Below are positions 38,962-52,454 of a stretch of DNA of 64,000 bases, one piece after another. The translations under genes and the position numbers were made by a program. The DNA comes from Mobula hypostoma (Eukaryota). Positions within the stretch are counted from its first letter, which is position 1. The number at the start of each line of letters is the position of its first letter. The notes under the pieces were generated by a model that ran no database searches, was not told the origin of the DNA, and saw only the letters and a list, made by a program, of their open reading frames with translations. Location of the stretch: positions 24,368,001 to 24,432,000 of the forward strand of contig NC_086118.1 in assembly GCF_963921235.1 (NCBI RefSeq), in the 5' to 3' direction.

Positions 38962-40603
38962 CTATAAACAGAAGCACCACGTGCAAGATATGATAAAAGT
39001 TATTACTGAGCAATATCTCGAGTCATTTATGAATTTATTATTACCTCCAGTCACTTAAACTACTTTTCCAAACATTCTCTTAATTTTCCCTGTTTTTTAA
39101 CCTCTTTGCCATTGAACTTAAAGATCAGACATGACCTAAATGGAGGGCAGAAAAAAAGGAGTTGATTGGCCAATTTCTTCCTCTATTTCATACATTTCAA
39201 AAACTCAAATGGAGGCATAACCAGTAACATTGATAAATGGTTTCTTTAATGTGTGCCAGTAAAAGAGTTGGCCACAGGTGTTTGTTTGGGATGGGATTAA
39301 GTCACTTGGCAGGCCAATCTGAGGGGCTTCCAACTCCAGCTGACGTAGTGTCTGGCACAAGAGCTTCAAGAACATTTTGCAGTCTGGACTGTACTTTAAT
39401 CGACAGAAATATCATAGTACAGGAAGTACATAAGAACAGCAAGAATCCAAGACTTAGAAACTGTAGACAGATTCTGCCAGGGTTCCAAGTGAGCTGATGC
39501 CATTTTCCAGTTCATTTATGTTCCCTTTCCAAAAGGAATCATAAATTCAATCATCAAATGTTTTCAGAATGCAAGTTTATTTCTGCAGTTCATCAGTAAC
39601 AATGAAAGGAAATCATAAATTTCTGATTGATGTAAACTGATGCTTTCAATCACTGAAGAAGTCAGATTCTAACTTTTATTACAGAGAATACCTTCAGCTG
39701 GGTGCTTTGAGGACTACATCACTCAAAGAATTGAAGTATTCTAGTGACTAATTAAGGCAGTTTTTGTACTTATGATGTGGGATTCTCTCTTAAAAAGTTT
39801 GAAATGGATTACTTCTCATATATCACCCATCAGTTGTAGATCCTGCTCTTTGTGCACAATGGGATTGGATTACTTGGTGAATGTTGCTCGTCAGGAAGGG
39901 TCTAGGGCTGCAATGTGAGCCCCCCACCTGTGATGCTTTTACTGCGCTTGAAGTGCAACAGGAATATAAGTTGCTGCTGTTGGTGCTGGGAATTTTACTA
40001 GTGTGTTGGGAATCAAATTCTGTTGTTCTGCCCATTTCGTTTTCAAAGTTGATCTCATTTTAATCTGGCCATATGTTGCTTCCGCCAACCTTATCCTATG
40101 ACCAGCAGGCATTCAGAGATCAGCTAGGGACAGAGCTAAAACACAAATACTGTTTTGCCAAAATGAATCAATCTTTCCACTCAGAACTATATTAAGTCAC
40201 ATAGGCCCACCTGCCTTTTGGCTGCATTCATGCCTGGATTTCTAATTACACTTTAAATTGATGGGTAGCATACGTACTAATTATAAATAATATATGGCAC
40301 AAACTTTTATTTGTAATTGGGTCAGCCCATAATCATAATCGGCCCTCCTTTGTGAAATTAATACAAAACATTTGAGATTAATACCACAACTAACCTCCAA
40401 GGTAGAATGTAAATAATAAAATAGTATTAGATTCACTATTCCAACATGATGAAGTGCAAAATGAGGTCAAGTTATTCTCTTTCTTCACCAATAACAGAGT
40501 TCTAATGTGCAGTCTGTGGGATTTTTCAATTTCCTGGAGTTTAAAATCAAGTTGTATACAACCAAGGTAAGCTCTCAATCCAGGTGTATTATTGATCTGT
40601 AAG

Positions 40604-41787
40604 ACAAGGAAAGTTGATGAAGGTAATGCATTGGAAGTTGCCTACATGGAATTTAGCAAGGCATTTGATGAGCTCACACGTGGGAGGTTGGTTAAGAGGG
40701 TTCAGTCACTTGGCATTCAAGATGAGGAAGTAAATTAAATTAGACATTGGCTTTGTGAGAGAGTGGTAGTAGATGATTACCTCTTTGACTGGAAGTTTGT
40801 GACTAGTGGTGTGCCGCAGGGATCAGCGCTGGGTCCGTTGTTGTTTGTCATCTATATCAATGATCTGGATGATAATGTGGTTAACTGGATCAGCAAATTT
40901 GCGAATGACACCAAGATTGGGGGTGCATTGCACAGCGAGGAAGACAATTGGAGCTTGTAGTGGGATCTGGGTCAGCTGAAAAATGGCAGATTGAATTTAA
41001 TGTTGACAAATGCGAGGTGTTGTACATCAGTAGGACCAACCAGGGTAGGTCTTATACAATGACTGGAAGAGCACTGAAAAGCACTGTAGAACAAAGGGAT
41101 ATGGGAATACTGATCTATAATTCTTTGAAAGTGGTATCACAGGTAGATAGGGTCATAAAGAAAGCTTTTGGCACATTGGCCTTCATAAATCAATGTACTG
41201 AGTACAGGAGAAGTTGTATAAGATGTTGGTGAGACCAAATTTGGAGTATTGAGTTCAGTTTTCTCATCTGCCTACAGTAAAGATGTAAATAAGTTGAAAG
41301 AATACAGAGAAAATTTACAAGAATGTTGCTGGAACTGAAGGATCTGAGTTATAAGGAAAGAATAGGTTAGGTTAGGACTTTAATCCTTGGAACATAGAAG
41401 ATTGAGGGAAGATTTGAAAGAGGTATACAAAATTATGAGGGGTATAGACAGTGTAAATGCAAACAGGCTTTTTCTATTGAAGTTGGGTAGGACTACAACT
41501 AGAGGGCATTTGTTAAGGGTGAAACGTGAAAAGTTTAAGGGGAACATGAGGGGAATCTTCTTCACTCAGAGAGTCACGAGAGTGTGAAATGAGCTGCCAG
41601 CTTAAGTAGTGCATGCGAGCTTGACTTAACATTGAAGAGAAGTTTGGGTAGGCATGTGCATGGTAGGGGTATGGAGAGCTATAGTCCCAGTGCTGGTGGA
41701 TGGGAGTAGGCAATTTAAATGGTTTGGCTTGGACTAGATGGGCCAAAGGGCCTGTTTCTGTGCTGTACTTTTCTATAACTCTATAAC
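40604..41787 (+). mobile_element. CR1 LINE RT to 3' end
   Basis: VTSGVPQGSALGPLLFVIYINDLD...KFANDTK; (CTATAACT)n tail. Confidence 0.92.
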
Positions 41788-41896
41788 TAAAGAATAAATA
41801 AATAACTGCCTGAATATAGCTAATAACGAAATAAGCAACCAGCAGAGCTATTAAAGCAGCATCATATGGAATGGTCTCACTTAACCATAATCCTAC

Positions 41897-41953
41897 CTGG
41901 CATTCAATTTCTCTTCTTCCATATCAAAGCTAAAAACTGAAAACTTCCCTTGG
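41897..41953 (-). CDS. Candidate small coding exon (phase 2-2, 57 bp)
   Basis: Acceptor ttctgtctcactttag, donor CAG|gtagga; QGKFSVFSFDMEEEKLNA in frame after 44358-44570. Confidence 0.3.
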
Positions 41954-42689
41954 CTAAAGTGAGACAGAATTCAAACTTTGACTTTGACTCTAAACTGGAA
42001 ACCAAGAGCACCTGAGAAACCTTTAAAAATGCATATGTCCATTGACACTGGGTTCCACCAGCTTGGATCCATGGCAAACATAACATGTGATTTCATCACA
42101 TGGAACAATTATGGGTTTCTTCTGAAATTGGCTCCTCTTCCCCATTCCTCTGAGCGACCATTGCAATAAAGTTTAGAAAAGAGGTGGAGTTGGAAAGTAG
42201 AACTTCCTCATGACTTGCCCAGCACATATTGATTTATGGTTTAGGTAAAGAGTTTCCATATCAAGGGATGTTTGTCTAAAGAAACATCTGACTTCTGTCA
42301 ATTTTCCTTCTGAATCTCAAAAAATATTATCTAAATTGTTTCCATAGATTCCTTTCAATTCTCGTCAAAGCAAGCTTCTGAGAAGTCTATTTGACCAAAT
42401 CAACAAACCTCAGTATGAAATCCATTTGCTTGTATATCACAGTAGAAATGATCATGGAAATATTGTAAACATGCTTCCGTTCTTTAGTTGTTGACAATAA
42501 TATTGCAATATGATCTCTGAGTACTTCAGTACTGTGTCTGTCAGATATCACATACCATTCTGGCAATCATTCTTCCTGGCAATCAGTTTTATGATTAGGA
42601 GACATTTTTTACAACACCTGCTATTATATATTTAATGACAAGAACTATGCTGTTCATGCTCCCATTTTCTATGTAACTGTATGTCATGA

Positions 42690-43060
42690 CGTTCACAGAT
42701 TTTGGAGCTATATAGCACAGAAACAGGCCTTTTGGCCCATTGATTCTATGCTGACAATTGCCCATTTACACTAATCTAACATTGTTTCCATTTTATTCCT
42801 TCCCCCCCCCCCATATGTCCCTCAATTCCTCCCCCCCCCCACTGACTTTATCACTCATCTGGGCTCTAGAGACAATTTGTCAGTTAAGCAACAGATCTCA
42901 AAACTTTAGAATGTAGTGGGAAAACAGAGTACCCAGTAGAAAATCTGACAGTCACAAGAACATGCAAGCTCCACACAGAGAGCACAGAAGGCCAGAATCA
43001 AACATGGGACACCTGAAGCAGACAAGCATTAGTTCTACGAGCTGTGTCACTGTGCAGCCC
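42690..43060 (-). mobile_element. V-SINE-like element with CR1-type tail (decayed)
   Basis: Minus strand tgtgtggagcttgcatgttctt...gggtactctgttttcccact; tail gggccaaaaggcctgtttctgtgcta. Confidence 0.6.
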
Positions 43061-44357
43061 ATCATCCTAGGTACTGAAAACGGTATTGTTTTTGTTCCTT
43101 TAAAGGGCTAGGGTTTTTCATTTGTAGAGGTAAATCTGTTGCAGGCAATTGACATTTATTTTTAATTTTTTTCGCGGAAATTTCTTTCATTACCAGTTGT
43201 TGGATCCCTGTTACTTTATCAAGTATCTGATGATCTCATGATAATAGAGGCGGCTGAAACATTGTATTTATTCAACTGAAATTTGCTGGAATTCTCTGAA
43301 GGTGTTTTTATTGGCTTTGATTGATGCATTGACTATAAGGGCTTTATGTGTATATGTGGGAAAATTTCACATTGCATTGTCCAAGGTCATTTCAAGAATA
43401 TGTCTTTATATATGGCACAGAAGTGAGAGTGCCACAGCTCCAACACTCCGCTAATTTGCTACAGTCGGCAACTATCTTGTTACATGCAACTGTTTACTGA
43501 CAGGTTTTGCATTTTCAATGTATATACAAGCAATTTTAATGTTAGCTAGTGATAACAAAAAGAGCATGCATATGTAGTCATTTAATGATTTATGCACATC
43601 CATAACGTTGCTCAAATACAGTCCAGTGCCAATATAAGACAGGTGGACCTACTTAACATAAAGAAACTAATTGGCTCCTTGTTAGTTCTTTGCAGAGAGA
43701 ACTAAAACTAACTCACTAGTAGTGTTCCCTCCTGATTTTCCTATAACTTCTCCTGCCTCAAATAATTATTATTTTATCCTTAATAAATCCAATAACCTTT
43801 TACTCAATTATCAAGCAATCCACACTGCAAAAACATTTTCTATTTTAAAAATATACCCACCTCTCTTCTAATCGAGAATTGAAATTTTAATTGATGAATT
43901 CTCAAGCAGGAGGCTTTACCCTATTTGACATCTTCCTAGTTTTAAAACAAATTAAACATTATTAAATGTTAAAAAAATTAAAAGTACATTAAATCCTGGC
44001 TGCCTTTGCTGAAGTGGATATAGGCTCAATATCTCGATTACTTCCTCAGAAATATACTTCCCATGTTTGCCAAAATTAAGTCAATGCTTTATGTTCCATT
44101 TGGCATTAGTATTCTTTTATTTCAGAGGGAACCTAAAACTGTGCTCAAATTACTGCTTTCAGACAATTTCAGCATTCTTTCTCTAGTCCAATGTGTCCAA
44201 TGTATAATTTTGACATTTTGCCATCAGTACATAGAAAACATAGTAAAACAACATTTCAAGCAGTCACCTCAAAACGTAGAGCAATCGATATTGGCCTGTA
44301 CCAATTCTGTTGATAATTAAATTTGTAGTGAGAATTCCAATTATTCAAAATGCTTAC

Positions 44358-44570
44358 TGAATAATAGAAAAAATATTTGTTTCAGCCATATGTTTTTCTA
44401 ATAATGAATAACAAAAGTTCTTTTCAAAGTTAATGATATCTGGAGACAATTGAAGGTGTTGCCAGTACAAATATATCCAACTTGAGTCAGGATTTGGAAC
44501 TGCTGGTTCTACTTTCAGGCTGGGAAAAATCCTGGCTGGTGTAATTTCAATGTACAAACGCCTTGGTCGT
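44358..44570 (-). CDS. Candidate internal coding exon (phase 2-2, 213 bp)
   Basis: Acceptor ctgtttcttaacag, donor TCA|gtaagc; open frame RPRRLYIEITPARIFPSLKVEPAVPNPDSSWIYLYWQHL...NIFSII, with the in-frame stop falling in the donor. Confidence 0.45.
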
Positions 44571-45429
44571 CTGTTAAGAAACAGCGATTGATTGATGTGC
44601 AAGCAATTTGTAACTTATTTTGCAAATCAGTACAATATCTTCCTTTTTTTCTCCATATATAATCATATGTAATGACATGCTATGAAGATAGTACATACTT
44701 TGCAAATCAATATTTTACTGTTTTTCTCTATGTATAATCACACAGTATGTAAGGACATGCTATGAAGATAGCATGTTGTGTCAACAATTTTATATTACTA
44801 CCACTAACTTACAAATGGAACAACATTTGTAGTGTATTAAACACTGTGTACTTCAGTACCAGACATTGAGAAGACATACATAGCTGGTAGATGAAATTCA
44901 AAGTAGAATAATATGTGCTAATACACTTTTGCAGAAACAATGAGATGAAATACTGCGTGTGTAGTCATATAATTTTAAAGGGAGTGCAAGAGGAGAGAGA
45001 CTGGAGTTTATCTGGAGTTTATTAGTTATAAATCATAAAAGTTAGGATGAGGGTAGTAAAGCACATGGGTTTTAGATGTGGAAATAAAGATAAGAAAAAT
45101 ATTACTTGCATTTTACATCATATTTATGTCCCTTTCAAACATAAAATATAATCAGTGCTGTTATGTGGGAATGAAAGCAGAGAGGTTACATACAAAAATC
45201 ATTCACCAACACCAATGAGATAATGACCAACAGATCTGTTCCAGTTAATTTAACCATGGGATAAATATTGACCAGAATTTGGTCAAAATAAATCTAGGAA
45301 GTTGTGCCAAGTTTTGGCAACATTTTAGGATGGATATAAAGGGTGCAGTACAGTGATAGTAGCGGATAGAATTCAGCTGCCAGATTGGCCTTCTTAGATT
45401 CCGTAGAGCTGCAGTGATACTAGAAGACA

Positions 45430-46218
45430 CTAGACGCTAGAATACTACAGCACAGTACAGGCCCTTCGGCCTTCAATGTTGTGCCAACCCATATATTCCT
45501 TAAAAAAATTAAACCCACACTAACCCATAACCCTCTATTTTTCTTTCATCCACGTGACTGTCTGAGAGGCTCTTAAATACGCCTAATGTTTTAGCCTCCA
45601 CCACCAACCCTGGCAAGTCATTCCAGGCACCCACAACCCTCTGTGTAAAAAACTTACCCCTGATGTCTCCCCTAAACTTCCCTCCCTTAACTTTGTACAT
45701 ATACACTCTGGTGTTTGCTATTCGTGCCCTGGGAAACTGGTACTGGCTATCCACCCTATCTATGCCTCTCATAATCTTGTAGACCTCTATCAAGTCCTCT
45801 CTCATCCTTCTATGCTCCAAAGAGAAAAGTCCCAGCTCTGCTAACCTTGCTTCATAAGACTTCTTTTCCAATCCAGGCAACATCCTGGTAAATCTCCTCT
45901 GCACCCTCTCCATAGCTTCCACATCCTTCCTATAATGAGGTGACCAGAACTGAACGCAATACTCTAAGTGTGGTCTCACCAGAGATTTGTAGACTTGCAG
46001 CATGACCTCTCTACTCTTGAACTCAGTTCCCCTAGTAATGAAGCCTCACATCCCATAGGCCTTCTTAACTATCCTATCAACCTGTGCAACAACCTTGAGG
46101 GATGTATGGATTTGAACCCCAAGGTCCCTCTGTTCATCCACACTCTTAACTAATCGACCATTAACCCTGTACTCAGCCTTCTGGTTTGTCCTTCCAAAAT
46201 GCATCACCTCACACTTAT
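45430..46218 (-). mobile_element. CR1 LINE 3' portion
   Basis: ORF 45509-46003 LVRPHLEYCVQFWSPHYRKD. Confidence 0.93.
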
Positions 46219-47587
46219 ATGTATCGTAGAGTTGTTTAAAATCATGAAATATTTATATTCAGTAAACTACATAAATGGTTATGAAAATAAAGGTCCAAAT
46301 CTGGCAAGAACAAGAATTTCCTATGCAGTGAATAACTAAGAATGGGGACATACTGAATAACTAGATAAGGGGCACATACTAAAATAAACAGGGTTGTTCC
46401 ATGAAATAGCTAGTGCTGACCCAACGTACTGAATGACCTCTTTCTGTACTTTATTATTTTCAGATTATATGATTCTATTGCTGCAATACCTTATTCCAAT
46501 CACTAAAACAAGAATCATTTTTCTCTGATTTGAGTTATAATGACAGAATGAAGCGATCAATAATTTTAGTTTATAGAAGCAGGAACATCATCAAATTGTT
46601 GCTGTGGGTGTGTTGTACTTTGCAAAGTACATTTGCCAAAGTGTAAGAAAACCAAAGGCAAGTTTTAAGATCAACGCTGGGTACTTGAGTGGTTAACAGT
46701 AATTTCTGTTTTATGTTTCATGTTGAGGGATATCCCTGTTCTCCAATTTTTTTTAGAAAGAACATTTGGTTTTGACAAGCTCCACATTATGTGGAGTTTA
46801 AAACTCCACATAATTTTCATGATACGGTGAGAAAAGTTGTTATGTGAAGCATGTGCACATGAAGCCTGTACTGAATGAGGGATTGTGAAGAGCACCAACA
46901 TCGTGTAGGTAGATATGTTGCAATGAGGAAGTCAATTCAGTGGATTAATAACAAAAATCTTCTGGTAATAAGCACATCACTGGAATACTAATAAATATTT
47001 TTATTTTCATTGCTTGATTACAGCTTCAGGCAATCTTTCAGGAATAGAAGATTTTTATAACATATTCTAAAGGCATTATATGTGGCCAAACCTTATTCCG
47101 TCACAGATATAAGGGATAGTTTTCTGATTACATGTGGTGAGAAACTTCACTTCCTGCTGAAAGAGAATAGAAACCTTTTCATCACTGTTGCATGTTAGAA
47201 TTGTATCAACTATTCCATTTATGGCCAGTGAAGACTTCAACTCTTATTTTAACAGTGGAAAGAATTTCAAATTGCTTTTCATGGCATATTGCTGCCAGAA
47301 TTTTTATAAAATGACTGCAACTTAGTAGTGATCTGTGATGAGTAGACACATTACATTCCAATGGCAAGCTTCCTCCTATAACAGCTCCATTAAAACAGTG
47401 AGAGAAATAAAACATGTTAAACATATAGTCAGTACTATCGAGTAATTAAAAGATTCCTGTTATTTACATTTGACCATAAGAACATAACGCATAGGGGCAT
47501 TATTAGGCCAATTGGTCCAAAAGTCTTCTCCACCATTTGTTTATGGATGATTTATTTTCCCTCTCATTCTCCTGTCCTCTCCCAGTA

Positions 47588-50500
47588 ACCATAAGATCAT
47601 AAGACATAGGAGCAGAATTAGGCCATTCAGCCCGTCAAGGCTGCTCCACCATTCCATCATGGCTGATCCTAGATCCCACTCAACCCCATACACCTGCTTT
47701 CTGATCATATCCTTTGATGCCCTGACTGATCAGGAAACTATCAACTTACACCTTAAGTATAAACATGGACAACACCTCCATTGGAGTCTGTGGCAGAGCA
47801 TTCCACAGATTCACTACTCGCTGGCAAAAAAAAATTCCTCCTTACCTCTGTTCTAAAAGGTCACCCCTCAATTTTGAGGCTGTGCCCTCTAGTTCTGGAT
47901 ACCGACACCACAAGAAGCATCCTCTCCACATTCACCGCATCTAGTCCTTTCCATATTCAGTACATTTCGATGAGATATCCCCCATATTCTTCTAAATTCC
48001 AGTGAGTACAGCCCAAAGCTGCCAAACGCTCCTCATATGTTAACCCCTTAATACCCAGAATCATCCTCGTGAACCTCCTCTGGACTCTCTCCAACAATGA
48101 TACATCTTTTCTGAGATATAGGGCCCAAAACTGTTGACAATACTCCAAGTGCAGCCTGACTAGTGTTTTATAAAGCCACAGCATTATCTCTTTCCTTTTA
48201 TATTCTATTCCCCTTGAAATAAATGCCAACATTGCATTTGCCCTCTTTACCACAGACTCAACCTGTAAATTAACCTTCTGCATTACAACTCCTAAGTCTC
48301 TTTGCACTTCTGATGTTTGAACCTTCTCCATATTTAGATAATAGTCCGTACTATTGTTCCTGTTACCAAAATCCATTATCAAACACTGTATTCCATCTAC
48401 CACTTTTTTGCCCATTCTTCCAATATGTCTAAGTCCTACTGCAATTGCACTGCTTCCTCAGCACTACCTACCCCTCTACCTATCTTCGTATCATCCTCAA
48501 ACTTTGCCTCAAAGCCATCAACTCTCTTATCCAAATCATTGACAAACAATGAGAAAAGTAGCAGTCCCAATACTGACCCCTGAGGAACAGCACTAGTCAC
48601 TGGCAGCTAACCAGAAAAGGCCCCCTTTATTCCCACTCACTGCCTCCTGTCCATCAGTTTTTCTTCCAGTCATGTCAGTACCTTCCTCTAACACCATAAG
48701 ATTTTATCTTGTTAAGCAGCGTCATGTGTGGCACCTTATCAAATGTCTTCTGAAAATCCAAGTAACTAACATCCACTGCCTCTCCTTTGTCCACCCTGCT
48801 TGTTACTTCCTCGAAGAACTCTAACAGATTTGTCAGGTAAGATTTCACTTTACAGAAACCATGCTGACTTTGACTTATTTTGTCATCAGACTCCAAGTAC
48901 TCCAAATCCTCACCCTTAATAATGGACCCCAACACTTTCCCGCCACTGAGGTTAGGTTAAATGGTGTATAATTTCCTTTCTATTTTCTTCCTTCCTTCTT
49001 AAAAAGTAGAGTGACATTTGCCATCGTCCACTCCTCCGGGACCATGCCAGAATCAAGTGGTTCTTGAAAGATCATGACCAATACATCTGCTATCTCTTCA
49101 GCAACCTCTCTCAGGACTCTGGGATGTAGTCCATCTGGTCTAGGTGACTTATCCACCTGAAGATCTTTCAGTTTGCCTAGCACTTTGTTCCTTTGTCACA
49201 GCAATGGCACTGACTCCTGCTCCCTGACACTCACAGACCTCTGGCATACAGCTAGTGTCTTCTACAATAAAGACTGAAGCAAAGTACTTCTTAATTCATC
49301 TGCCATTTCTTTGTCTCCCATTATGACCTCACCAGCGTCATTTTCCAGTGGTCCAATATCAATTCTCACCTCCCTTTTACTCTTTATATAACTGAAAAAC
49401 TTTTCATATCCTGCTTTATATTATTGGCTAGTTTGCCCTCATATTTAATCTTTTCCCTTTTTATAGCTTTTTAAAATTGCCTTTTGTTGGATTTTAAAAG
49501 CTTTCCAATCATCCACTTCCCACTCACTTTTGCCTCCCTATATGCCCTTTCCTTGGCTTTTATGCATTTCTTAACTTCTCTTGTCAGCCATGATTGCCTA
49601 CCCCTGCTACTTGAGAACTACTACTTCTTTAGGACCTATCCCTCCTGCACCTTGTGAACTATTCCCAGAAACCTCAGCTATCTATGCTCTGCCATCATCC
49701 CTACCAGTATCATCCTCCAACCCACCTGGACAAGTTCCTCTCTCATGCCTCTGTAATTCCCTTTATTCCATTGCGATACTGATACATGTGACTTGTGCTT
49801 CTCCCCCTCAAATTGCAGTATGAATTAATCATATTATGATCACTGCCTCCTCAGGGTTCTTTACATTAAGCTCCCTAATAAGATCTGAGTTATTAGACAA
49901 CACCCAATCTAAGATAGCCTTTCTCTGAGTAGGCTCAAGCACGAGCTGCTCTAAACAGCTATCTCCAAGGCATTCAACAAATTCCCTCTCTTGCGATCCG
50001 ATACCAACCTGATTTTCCCAATCCCCTTGCATATCGAAATCCCCCATTATAATTATAACATTATCCTTATTACATACCTTTTCCAGCTCCCTTGGCAGTC
50101 TCATCCCCACATCTTGGCTACTATTTGTAGGCCTATATATGATTCCCACAATGGTTTTTTGACACTTGCAGTTTTTTAACTCCACCCACAAAGATTCGAC
50201 GTTCTGTGACCCTATGTCACAGCCTTTCTAAAGATGCAATTCCATCTCTTACCAAACGAGCCACACCACTGACTATACCTTCCTGCCTGACCTTTCAATA
50301 CAAAGTATATCGTTTGACATTAAGCTCACAACTATGGCCATCTTTCTGCCACTACTCGGTGACACCCACAACAGCATGCCAACCAATCTCTAACTGCGCC
50401 ACAAGTTCATCCAGCTTATTCCAAATGCTATGCACATTTAAATACAGCACCTTCAGTCCTGCATTCTCTGCCCTTTTGAATTTTGCCTCTGTGGTACAAT

Positions 50501-52350
50501 TTAACCCTTTGCTCTGTCTGCATTTGTACCCAATCATTGGCTTGTCCTTCCTTACATTCATGTTACATCCATCATCTACTTGTAAACCCACTGGCTCATC
50601 CTCAGCTCTATCATACTGGTTCCCCACACCCTGCCATCGTAGTTTAAACCACTCCCGACAGCTCTAGTAAACTTCTCCGCAGGAATATTGGATCCCCTCA
50701 GGATTCAAGTGCAACCAGTAACTTTTGTGCAGCTCACATCTGCCCCAGAAGAGATCTTAATTATCCAGAAATCCGAATCCCTGCCTCCTGCTCCAATTCT
50801 TCAGCCACGCATTTATCTGCCACCTCATTCCATTCCTATCCTCACTCTTGCGTGGCACAGGCAGTAATCCTGAGTTTACTATCCTCGAGGTCCTGTTTCG
50901 CAGCTTCCTTCCTAACTCCCTGTATTCCGTTTTCAGGACCTCCTCCCTTTTCATACCTTTGCTGTTGGTACCAATATGTACCACAACTTCTGGCAGTTCA
51001 CCCTCCCTTTTCAGGATATTGCGGGTGCACTCAGAAACATAGCAGACCCTGGCACCTGGGAGGAAAAGTACCATCTACGAGGGGTGATTGATAAGTTCAT
51101 GGCCTAAGGTAGAAGGAGTCAATTTTAGAAAACCTAGCACATTTATTTTTCCTACATTTACACACTTAGTCATGCGGTCGTGGAGCATACGGATCCTTTC
51201 TTTGTAGAAGTCGGCGTCTTGGGCCTCCAGAAAGTGGTCCACAGCTGGGGTAATTGATAAGTTTGTGGCCTAAGGTAGAAGGAGATGAGTTACTAACTTG
51301 AAACTTTCTGCATTATCACTCAAAGAGTTGAACTGTACGTGCATGTAATGAGAGCTGTATAACTCATCTCCTTCTACTTAGGCCAAGAACTTATCAATCA
51401 CCCTTGCTGCGGACCACCTGGAGGTCCAAGGCGCTCTCGTTACATGCTCGTGCAGTTCAACTCTTTGAGTGATTATGCAGAAAGTTTAAAGTTAATAACT
51501 CATCTCCTCTTACCATAGGCCACAAAATTATCAATCACCCCTGCTGTGGACCACTTCTACAAAGCAGGGATCCGTATGCTCCACGACCGCTGGACTAAGT
51601 GTAGGAGGGGACAATGTTGAAAAATAAATGTGCTAGGTTTTCTAAAATTGACTCCTTCTACCTTAGGCCACGAACTTATCAATCACCCCTCGTGTGTTAC
51701 TTTTCCAGATCCACAGAATCACCTACCTGTCCCGTTAACTATAGAGTCCCCTATCACTGCTGCCATCCTCTTTAGTTCCCTACTCTTCTGAGCCACAGGG
51801 TCAGACTCAGTGCCAGAGGCACGGCCACCGTTGCTTCTCCCAGGTAGGCCCCCCCCCCCCCCGCCCCCGGAACTCAAAATGGAGTAAGTTATTGTTCAGG
51901 GGGACGGCCACAAGGGTGCTCTCCTCGATTTGATGCTCTCCCTTCCCTCTCCTGACCATCACCCATTTATCTGTCTCCTGTAGCCTTGGGGTGACTACCT
52001 CCCTGTAGCTCCTGTCTGTCACCTCTTCACTTTCCCTGACAAGCCGAAGGTCATCAAGCTGCAGCTCCAGTTCATTAACTCAGTCTCTGAGGAGCTGCAT
52101 TCTCGATGCAACTGGTGCAGATGTGGCCATCAGGGAAGCCGGTAGTCTCCTGGAAATCCCACATCTGGCACCCTGAACAGAACACTGGCCCTGTAGACAT
52201 ATCCCCTATTCTCTCAACAGTTAAAAATGAAAGAAGAAATAAGGAATGAACTTACCTACTTACCTTGCCTCTGTCTGGTCTAGCCAAACTCCTGTAGAGC
52301 CAAAGCCCTCTCACTCTGACTCAGATCACTCCAATGATGATTGCTCCACT
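47588..52350 (-). mobile_element. Near full-length decayed CR1 (ORF1 SGNH esterase, APE endonuclease, RT)
   Basis: PEVVVHIGTN (50757-51074); LYLNVHSIWNKLDEL...GVTE (50352-50627); YLDFQKTFDKVPH (48675-48935); cataag tail. Confidence 0.92.
51078..51692. mobile_element. Mariner-derived palindromic MITE
   Basis: Long TIRs starting CGAGGGGTGATTGATAAGTTC; TA on the left, TG on the right; mariner C-terminus FYKAGIRMLHDRWTKC..GDNVEK* represented in both arms. Confidence 0.88.
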
Positions 52351-52454
52351 AGATGGTACCCATCTTTTATGAAGACTGGGTTTTTAAAGCTCTTTGCAGG
52401 ACTTGTGCAGGAACGCTTCTCCTGCATTGGTGCAATACTCCAATCAATGACTGC

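Noticed and set aside
40395..40596. Open 67-codon minus segment with AG/GT ends
   Set aside because: The acceptor pyrimidine tract comes from the adjacent CR1 and phase 0 does not fit neighbouring candidates
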